Shown here piece by piece: positions 56,015 to 64,000 of a DNA stretch of 64,000 nt. Each line of letters opens with the position of its first letter. Position 1 is the stretch's first letter. The stretch is from Epithemia pelagica (lineage: Eukaryota > Protista > Bacillariophyta), in NCBI GenBank assembly GCA_946965045.2, contig OX337231.1, positions 2,418,001 through 2,482,000 of the forward strand, read 5' to 3'. The notes under the pieces are model-generated. The model searched no databases, was not told the DNA's origin, and was given only the letters and a program-made list of their open reading frames with translations. The translations under genes and the position numbers were made by a program.

Positions 56015-58192
56015 TTAGCCTCAGCAGCCCCCAGCAGCAGCATCTTCTCCGCTGCTTTTTGTGACGGAAAGCGTCACAATCTCCTCTGAACTCGTGGGAT
56101 GAATTCCTACCGTATCGGTCAAACCCTTGAAAGTCAGACCTTGTTTCATGGCAACGCCATAACCCTGCATGACCTCGCCAGCGTTTGGACCCACGAAATG
56201 CATACCAAGGACATTTTCTTGCGGAGTTTTGTCTACAATCACTTTGGTATAGGCAAAGCTATGTCCGCGACCAAGCGAGAGGGACCACTCGAGTGGAAGG
56301 AACTCACGGTGATACACTTCAATGGCATCTTCGCCAAACTTTTCGATTGCTTCGTCTTCTGAATATCCAACACAAGAATACTCAATCGGGGTAAAGACTG
56401 TTGTACAGACGTTTCGGTAATCCATGGGTTCCTTAGACCCACCAAACAGGCGACGAGAAAGCAAGATTCCGGCTTGAATCGCCACTGGAGTGAGCTCAGG
56501 TGTGCCATCAAGAACATCTCCGACTGCGTATACGTTGGGACACTTTGTTTGTTCGTATTTGCCCAATATACGCTTGTTTTTCGGGTTCACTTCCACTCCA
56601 ATCTTTTCTAAACCGAGCTTGTCGGTATCCGCTTGTCTCCCAATCGCAGTCAGAACAGTGTTGTACGTGTCCTGCGAACCATCCGAAAAGGTCACTTTGA
56701 TTTCTCCCGATTCCACCTTTTCAAGCTTGGAAGGAGAAACTTGCCGTTTGAACTGAACACCATGGTCTTGCATGTACTCATCAATCTTGTCAGCACACTG
56801 GCGGTCAAACCCACGCAACAAGATACTACGAACGGCAACAGTCACATCAAGTCCAAGGCCTGCAAGGAAACCAGCGCATTCCAAACTAATGTAGGAAGCA
56901 CCGATGCAGAGAGTTTTTCCTGGACTCGACTCCAAGGAGAAAACATCATCCGATGAAATGGCCAAGTCTCCTCCCTCACAGTCTAGCGGGGTAGGACGAC
57001 CACCCGTGGCAATGAGAAACCGAGAGGCAGTAAATGTATCCACCTTTCCCTTTTTATCAACAACTTCCACGGTATGCTCGTCAACAAATTTTGCGAGCTT
57101 GTTCTGATATGACACCTCTTTTTCTCCTGTTTCACGAAATAGACGGTGAGAAATGTCCCACATCTCACTCTCCTATCAATAGCCACGAGTCTGTCTGCAC
57201 AACTTACGTAAGCGAACTCGGTATTTGAAGTTCAGTCCACGAATATAATTTTGGATGTTCTCTCTGATTACACTCCAATGAATGTTCGTAGACGTTTCTG
57301 CAAGAAGGCCGTCAGGACCAGGACCCTTGTCTGATTTTGCTTCGATTCCAAAGAACGACGCATCCTTTTTGAAAGCCTCGTTCAACAGGCTCCCTGCATG
57401 AAAGAGCTTCTTTGGAATACATCCGACGTTGACGCAAGTGCCACCTAGTCCCCACGTTGTACCTTTGGGTGAAGGCTTCACAAAGTCAAGACAAGCGACT
57501 TTGGCGCCCAACTCGGCAGCCTCTTTGGATGCCTGACAAGAAGCAAATTATCATATGCACCTGTGAGAAAAATAAGGGAAAGTTGTTTCGTGACAGGATC
57601 CAAGAAACGACTTACAGCCATTCCACCAGAGCCACCGCCAATGACAATCAAGTCATAGTCGTAGCCATGGTCAGCAGTGTAACCATCTGCTTCCATTTCA
57701 ATGCCATTGGTGTCCTTCTCTTCGCAAGGGGCCATGAACGATCGGCACCACGCAAGTGTATCATCATGACCACCAAGGAAGGCCTCAATATCTTCAGCTT
57801 TGGGATCTGGTCCCTGGTTTCCAAAATTGTTGGTTTCGCAAGGTTTTTCCAACCAGCAAAAGGGCGATGTCGCATGATCCTTGACGCGAGGGTCGGTAAA
57901 TTGGCTTTTGAGACCGGATTCGAGAAGCCATTTCCGGTACGAAGTTCGATCCACAAATTCATGAGGAATAATTTCAATACGCGTGGGAAACAAGACTGTG
58001 AGGGATCGCAGAATGTTCAAAACTCGAGTGTAAAACCCGCCTGCAAAATCACAAAACCACCAAGTGAGAATAATGGGAATGTGATTGACGGCACACAAAG
58101 AATCACACTCTCAAAAACAGCCAATCGAATCCATGTAACCTACAGCTCCCATAGCCTGCTATATGCACCGTCTTTCGAGAGACGGATGCCAT
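56015..58192 (-). CDS. TXNRD: Selenoprotein thioredoxin reductase with an N-terminal glutaredoxin-like domain (TGR-like), 4 exons
   Basis: FAD motif IGGGSGG, redox centre CVNVGC, NADPH motif GASYISLEC and GIHPT. The C-terminus reads GGC TGC TGA GGC TAA = Gly-Cys-Sec-Gly-stop. Exon 1 (58192-58144) splices to 58040, giving GYGSCGFY. Confidence 0.92.
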
Positions 58193-58556
58193 TGTGGATA
58201 TATTCGGATGCCGTTGCCTGGTCTGCCTCAACACAACAACGACGATCTTGGACGAACATGAGAGCATTGACCTCCATCCAAGACGCGACGTTCGGGGTCG
58301 CGTATCACGAATCACGAATCCTATGCGCGGTGCGCGGTTCGTTGCGCATGCTCGCAGGCGGATGAAAGATGGCGCGAAAATCAAAGGGGGAGCTATGTCC
58401 ACTAATGTGTTTCCCTTTCCCATAGAGGCGAAGGAGTACCTTCCGTTGGAACGATGTAAGGAGAAGACTACAGGAGAGAGTGACTGCCTTGTTTCCAAAG
58501 AAGCAAATTAAACGATCTCGCTAATCTAATCTCACATAATATCTAGGTAGCTTCAT

Positions 58557-59347
58557 TTACATTTTCATTTCTTGAAGAACACCAACAAAGTGGCTGATTT
58601 GGTTGCCTTCGTAGATTGGGCCCACTCGAACACGGTTGCGGAATCGACGGCCATCTTTTGTATAATTTATGAGGACAGTACCCGCCTCCTCACCTTTTAG
58701 GAGATTGGATATCAGACCTGTTGCGGCAAGCTGATCAGTCTCTGGACCGCGCAAGAGATCACCCAGAGATTTCCCTTTTGATTCTCCCAGTGTATAGCCA
58801 CAGAGGTTTTCCCATGCTGTGTTCACGTCGACAACTCGGAATGGGGCCACTTTCTCCGTCACGACAATTGCTCGGTTTGATTGAAGGCGGGTGTCTTGCA
58901 GTGTCCTCGGTAAAGGAGCCGTGTCTGTATGTTCCGGAAGTTGCTCTTGTCGTACTTTGAGCTGTCGTTTGCTCTCTCGTATCTGAGCTTGCATCAATGG
59001 GTCAGTCAACACACTAAACCTCCACGCTTCCTCGTCGGACGCTTGGTCATGTGTAAACGAAAGACCATAGACCAGTTCGCTATGCTTATCGTCATCCTGT
59101 AAGATGTATAGAAAAGTTAGATGCCATCACGCACATATGCGAAATGCGAACAAGTTACTCTCCAATGCGCAAGGCCGTATGACAGTTCTTGGCTTACCTC
59201 CATGGCCATGGAATGGAAGACTTTGGCCACCTCTTCGCTTCTCAGTTGCGCTTCGGATGCAGACACGGTCGTCCGAGGAACTGTCGCCGTTGTCGCAAAC
59301 ATCCGACGGGCTATGGTCGAAGATCGAAGCAATCGTGACATCATCAT
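58557..59347 (-). CDS. PAS-domain protein with a mitochondrial-like presequence (multi-exon; exon limits approximate)
   Basis: N-terminus MMMSRLLRSSTIARRMFATT. C-terminal VVDVNTAWENLCGY...LRGPETD...LINYTKDGRRFRN...GP...FVGVL is a PAS/LOV-like fold. Confidence 0.75.
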
Positions 59348-59806
59348 TGTGAATGTTTCGTTTGATAATGTTTTCGTTGTTCTAATGTGTTGCAAGTTGC
59401 AAGGGTTTGTTGTGATGGGGGTCGGAAGCGCTTTTCGGAAGCGCTTTTGTATGATCTATGATCAATGGCAGTAGAAAGCGAAAAGAGAAAAGGGATGGAG
59501 AGACAGAAGTGTTGTCACTGATGGATTTGTGTTCTTTGGTGCATGTTAAAGCCGTACCATCTGATTTTGTGTCTTGATTGTGGTTTGGGCTTCGGGAAAT
59601 CAAAACTTCAACCCTCTGACCGGCGTACGTATATCCCAGATGTCCCAGATGTCCGATTTCTCGGACTAAGTTCAGTCACACAAGATTCAGCTATGAGCTA
59701 CCGAGTGTTGCCATCGATATCATTGAATCAAATAATAGAGCAAAGCAGAAGGAGGTACTTCTATTACTAGGACCAAACTCTTCTAGAGTCTTTCACAGTC
59801 TGTGTA

Positions 59807-61237
59807 TTACTGCGTTGTGCTTATGCTTTCCTTCAGAACGAATGTTCCGTTCTCCAGACGAATCAATCGTTTACATGGGTCGAACTTGTAAGCTTCCACA
59901 AGGTTGCGGAAATTCTCTGGTCTGGGTATTACCACATCATTACGATTCGGATCCGTTGACAATGGAATAAAGTACTTCAGTAGCCACGTTGACAAGTCGT
60001 AGGATTCCGGCATTAGCAAGGCCCGCAGGTCGTCAAACTTTTGGTCGCAAATATTGATTGCCTTTGTCTTGTTCTTTCCATGGGAGCCTTTGTAAATGGA
60101 ATTAGGAATGTCATTTGGATATTGCAAATACTTCGCCATTTCATCCCAGACATAATCTTTATTCAACTCAGTCATTTCATATACAAATATTGAGTTTGAT
60201 ATATTGTGGCTTTGTAAATTCATGCCTCCACCAATGGGATAAGTCTTGGCGGAGAGAAGTTGTCGCTCCTCGGTGGACAGTTCAGTTTTCCCCAGTCTGG
60301 CCAATGCGACATGAAAGCTCGCACGTTGAGTACAAAAGACCTGTCTTGCGGGGCAATCCCCTCTGCAGCCTCCCCTTTTGCTGTTGCATGGTTCCGTAAT
60401 ATTGTATGGGTCGATGTTCGAAAACTTTGAGTACTCATTGCCAGTCAACATGTTCCAAAAGCTTTGAAACCACAACACTGGATGCCGGATTCCAAGAATA
60501 AGCTTCGTCTTAGGAAGGTACAGCGACCATTCTTTTAACCATGCCCCATCGATAAAAGCAGGACATTTGGTCCCTCGGAGCACCTTTGATTCACTGCCGT
60601 ACTTTTTCGGCCAGTTTTTGTACGCATAGTATATAGTTTGATGGACAGGAGTACAAATGTCTCCAATCGGCAGCGGTGCAATCTGGCCCAAGTTCGCTTC
60701 AACTGTTGTTGTTCCACATTTGGGAAAGCCAACAACTGCAAAATCAATGATCGGGCCATCCTTATCGGCGTTGACGCGAAGTGTTGTTCCGTTTACAAAC
60801 CATGAGTCAAAATTGTCGACTCGTCTCCGTCGATACTCTTGGCTTACAGCTTCCTCTACCGGAGCAACAACTTCTATTGGTGGCTTGTCAAGCGTCTGAC
60901 GCTCGCGCGAAACATTCCCAAGGATTTTTTCCTGCTGCTGCTTCCGTTTAATCTTTGCCTGATAACGTGAAGAACTGCGCAGTTTAGAGACGAGAACTTC
61001 TATTGGTTGCTTGTCAAGCGTCTGACGCTCGCGCGAAACATTCCCAAGGATTTTTTTCTGCTGCTGGAACCGTTTAATTTTTGCCTTATACCGTGAAGAA
61101 TTGCGCAATTGTTCCATGTGCCAGTGCACTTCAGCTTTGTGGGTGGGAGAAAAACTGGGCGAATGCCATAAGTTAACTGCAACCATGATCAACCCAACCC
61201 AACATGTTCCTACCAGCCAACATCGGGAAAGCTTCAT
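59807..61237 (-). CDS. Type II membrane sulfotransferase-like protein
   Basis: N-terminal TM helix; 5'-PSB-like FAVVGFPKCGTTT; 3'-PB-like KLILGIRHPVLWFQSFWN. Confidence 0.75.
   Translation of the reverse strand: MKLSRCWLVGTCWVGLIMVAVNLWHSPSFSPTHKAEVHWHMEQLRNSSRYKAKIKRFQQQKKILGNVSRERQTLDKQPIEVLVSKLRSSSRYQAKIKRKQQQEKILGNVSRERQTLDKPPIEVVAPVEEAVSQEYRRRRVDNFDSWFVNGTTLRVNADKDGPIIDFAVVGFPKCGTTTVEANLGQIAPLPIGDICTPVHQTIYYAYKNWPKKYGSESKVLRGTKCPAFIDGAWLKEWSLYLPKTKLILGIRHPVLWFQSFWNMLTGNEYSKFSNIDPYNITEPCNSKRGGCRGDCPARQVFCTQRASFHVALARLGKTELSTEERQLLSAKTYPIGGGMNLQSHNISNSIFVYEMTELNKDYVWDEMAKYLQYPNDIPNSIYKGSHGKNKTKAINICDQKFDDLRALLMPESYDLSTWLLKYFIPLSTDPNRNDVVIPRPENFRNLVEAYKFDPCKRLIRLENGTFVLKESISTTQ
60869..61107 (-). 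repeat. In-frame 126-bp tandem duplication in the sulfotransferase stem
   Basis: AACTTCTATTGG starts at 60869 and 60995, encoding a 42-aa repeat SSRY.AKIKR.QQQ.KILGNVSRERQTLDK.PIEV. Confidence 0.95.
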
Positions 61238-61718
61238 CTCCAAAACAACAGCAATCTAACAACGATCACTTGTTCTCTGTAAATGATGAATGACACAACA
61301 TACCGTACCATGGTCATGATTGTTTTGATTGGGACGAAAAGACCGGGCATAATTGTTCAGTCGCGGTTATATGTCCCTCCATCATCCCCGCCAAATTTGC
61401 ATAGTAGTTTTCGAAGTAACGAAGGCAAGACAATGGCGATGATTGCCGAAATCGTTCTGAAACTTTCTCAAGGAGGTAGTTTGGATAAAATTGGACAGAA
61501 GAAATCTGACAGCTGTGCTCGCTACGCGAATATAGACAGAAAGCGAGGCTTGACGAACATTAAATCTAGGAGTAGTAGGGAGTTGTGATGTATCTATACG
61601 GTGAAATGACCTCGAGTCTAACCAGTGATGGGCAACTGTCCTCGACCTTCTAACCACTGGTGATTTGTTTCCTAAGCGACAACTGTCAATCCGAGATGAA
61701 CGGCATCGGCTCAGAAAA

Positions 61719-62933
61719 CTAGACGGCGTATGACAATGATCCTGGTTGTGTTATCGCTCGAAAAACAGTGGTGGGAATCGAACGGTATGCGGGCAAGAAG
61801 GCAATCATTGCTGCCACCACAACCCAGAGAATAGAGAGCGGCAGTAATCCTCCCTTACTTGACTTGGTACCAAATCCCATTGCATCCCGATAATCTTTTG
61901 GTTCCTGATCGACATAGGTACTCCATTTGCGTCGCATGGCATAGCTGACACTGTATGAAGGACCAAACAAGAGGCCACAAAACGTTCCTGAAATAAAGCC
62001 TCCAAGATGAGCAGCATTGCTGACACCATTCAAGAGGAAACTATACAAGACCACAACTCCCATTCCAAAAAGGGCCCTGTAGGAAGGACCTGCTTTACCC
62101 ATTTTGGCCAGTGATACCCACATGAGACCGTACAGTCCGCATATACCAGGGCTCGCTCCAAGCAAGATGGGTTCTGATCCAGTGGAAGCCCATGCCGAGT
62201 GACCGAGGCCTCCAGCAACTGTTGACACCAGAAATGTTGTCAAGTAAAGAGGTCCTCCGAGACCAGTCTCGAGCCAACCTGGCTGTCTTCGGAGTTCATT
62301 CATATTCAGCAGCAGATGAAAAATACCTCGATGAAGAAGTCCGTGCGTGATGTATCGATGGGGTTGGATCTTTGCCAATCTATGGTGATAGCAAAAGTCG
62401 CGTTCAAAAGGACCTGGTGAAGCATTGGCCAACAACAGGTCCCACAACATGTAAGGTGCACTTTGAGGCCAATGAGTTGGATATTGTTTGACAATGTATC
62501 GCAGTGTATCGAGTGCTTGATACAAAGACACGAGGACACAGGAAATAATAATCATGCTCCGAACGGGGTGCCCCCCTCCACCTGGAGCAATAGATCGACG
62601 TAATCGTCTTTGAAGTCTTGACCAATACCTCAAATCGTCTCCATCCCAAGATATATTTCGATTTGACGAGAGCTTTGAAGATCTGCTTCTGTTTTCATCG
62701 GTTTCTCCATTTCTCGCATTTTGGCTGTTGATGGCACTCCCATGCCAAAGGCCCAAGTTTGGGTGATGCAGTGGTAAACCCTTTGAAAGAGATGCTGGTC
62801 TTCGGTGGTTCAGAACCAACTTTGCCGGTGCCAGTGCCAAGGCAACCGAAAAATTGGGCAAGCACGGTACAAGATATACCGATGCCGTCAGAAATACAAT
62901 CTGTACGAGTCGGAAGGCACTTCGCTCCATCAT
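61719..62933 (-). CDS. Rhomboid-family intramembrane protease
   Basis: LLHRGIFHLLLNM, LGASPGICG and SNAAHLGGFISG, with multiple TM helices. Confidence 0.82.
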   Translation of the reverse strand: MMERSAFRLVQIVFLTASVYLVPCLPNFSVALALAPAKLVLNHRRPASLSKGLPLHHPNLGLWHGSAINSQNARNGETDENRSRSSKLSSNRNISWDGDDLRYWSRLQRRLRRSIAPGGGGHPVRSMIIISCVLVSLYQALDTLRYIVKQYPTHWPQSAPYMLWDLLLANASPGPFERDFCYHHRLAKIQPHRYITHGLLHRGIFHLLLNMNELRRQPGWLETGLGGPLYLTTFLVSTVAGGLGHSAWASTGSEPILLGASPGICGLYGLMWVSLAKMGKAGPSYRALFGMGVVVLYSFLLNGVSNAAHLGGFISGTFCGLLFGPSYSVSYAMRRKWSTYVDQEPKDYRDAMGFGTKSSKGGLLPLSILWVVVAAMIAFLPAYRSIPTTVFRAITQPGSLSYAV

Positions 62934-63243
62934 GACAAGTTGTCTCATGGATGGAGAGACGCGAAACCATCAACACAAAAAAGGTATCAAACAGAAATCG
63001 ACAGAAAACACGTATGTCTCTCTTGTAGTCAAACTCTCCAGAATGATGGGATGTAGTATGTTTCGTGATTTATGATTAGTAGAAGCACGACGCTCTAGCG
63101 CTCTTCAAATTAATGAGTGAGGTGGTAGTGCGTGGTATGATTATGGAGGGAGTTCTTGCCTCCACTGAGTCGATCATTATCATCTCAATGGCATGTTCTT
63201 TGGTTGTGATTAAACAAAGAGGTCACATTTGGATATCATGACA

Positions 63244-64000
63244 ATGTTCGGGGTTCTGGTACTTTTAGTATGGCTTCAAGTCTCACTGCACTCGTTGGCC
63301 TTTACGCCATCGCCGACGACTACGCGGAGCCTTGCCCGGTCGATACACGTCGTGTCGAAAAACGACGAACAGTGGTTTCTGGTTCGTTCAAGTCGATTGG
63401 CTGCCACTTCCAGTGACGACGAGGACGAAGACGATGATGAAGATGAGGACGATGATGAAGATGAAGCGAACCCTCTCAGCAGTGGTGTGTCTTCAGTTTC
63501 TTGGTTGCCTACCGTTGTCGGTGCCAAAGATATTGAAAATCCGCAAATCTCGAAAGCGGAATCCGAATTTCTCCCAATGTTTCCTTTGGGAGGTATTGTT
63601 TACACACCAAACTCCGAACATATATTGAATATTTTTGAACCTCGCTATCGACAAATGTACAGTGATATTCTCATGAATGGAACAAAGCGGTTCGTGGTAG
63701 CCATGTCTCACCCATCGGAATCGGGAAGATTTGCCAAAATGGGTGTTTTGTTTGAATTGGAAGATTTAAAAGAGGTGTCTGAACAAACTCGTGATCAGAT
63801 CAAGTATGTTTGCAATCACAAAGTCACAGGACGCGTCGAGATTCACCGCATTCTCAATCCGTCCGCATGGGAAAGCCGTGAGACCTATTTGCGAGTGGAG
63901 GGAACAATTACCGATGACAGTGGCAAAGAGGAAAAGAATGAAGAGTCTTCATCTTCGCCTGGATCATTCCTCACCAACCCCTTTGCCTCGAAAGGCGATT
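63244..64000 (+). CDS. LON substrate-binding-domain protein, plastid-targeted (partial; runs off the window)
   Basis: Frame open from ATG 63244 to the window end. Signal peptide ending SLA-FTP (ASAFAP-like), an acidic tract, then LPMFPLGGIVYTPNSEHILNIFEPRYRQM. Confidence 0.85.
   Translation, partial: MFGVLVLLVWLQVSLHSLAFTPSPTTTRSLARSIHVVSKNDEQWFLVRSSRLAATSSDDEDEDDDEDEDDDEDEANPLSSGVSSVSWLPTVVGAKDIENPQISKAESEFLPMFPLGGIVYTPNSEHILNIFEPRYRQMYSDILMNGTKRFVVAMSHPSESGRFAKMGVLFELEDLKEVSEQTRDQIKYVCNHKVTGRVEIHRILNPSAWESRETYLRVEGTITDDSGKEEKNEESSSSPGSFLTNPFASKGD

Noticed and set aside
56021-56023. TGA as the true stop of the thioredoxin reductase
   Set aside because: The context GC-TGA-G-TAA and the downstream SECIS indicate selenocysteine.
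1-64000. tRNA or rRNA genes
   Set aside because: No cloverleaf with box A/B, and no rRNA-like conserved segments, were recognised by eye. tRNAscan-SE or Infernal would be decisive.

Overview
Eukaryotic nuclear DNA, most likely from a pennate diatom. The assignment is inferred from short GT-AG introns, a diatom-type Ty1/copia element and ASAFAP-like plastid presequences. The window is gene-dense, with about 25 protein-coding genes. Housekeeping genes include a PDR-type ABCG transporter, SMC2, BCKDH E2, a tRNA-splicing endonuclease subunit, a DEAD-box helicase, a TFIIB-like factor and a rhomboid. A full-length 6.8-kb copia LTR retrotransposon (15051-21872, AGGAC target-site duplication) has an intact ORF but two lesions in its 3' LTR, and sits 72 bp upstream of an MBD gene. 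Other highlights: (i) a Crinkler/RHS-type NTPase + restriction-fold nuclease gene enclosed by ~530-bp direct repeats; (ii) a homologue of a bacterial PTS-EIIC-like permease; (iii) a monothiol-Grx/thioredoxin-reductase selenoprotein (C-terminal GC-U-G) with a SECIS whose apical loop reads AGA instead of AAR, plus a second stop-proximal hairpin; (iv) a putative 2-nt micro-exon in the ABC transporter; (v) a protein of 4-5 tandem RFRRWFPDF units; (vi) three local direct duplications whose left copy is degenerate. No rRNA, tRNA or CRISPR array was recognised. All family assignments come from motif recognition by eye; no database search was run.
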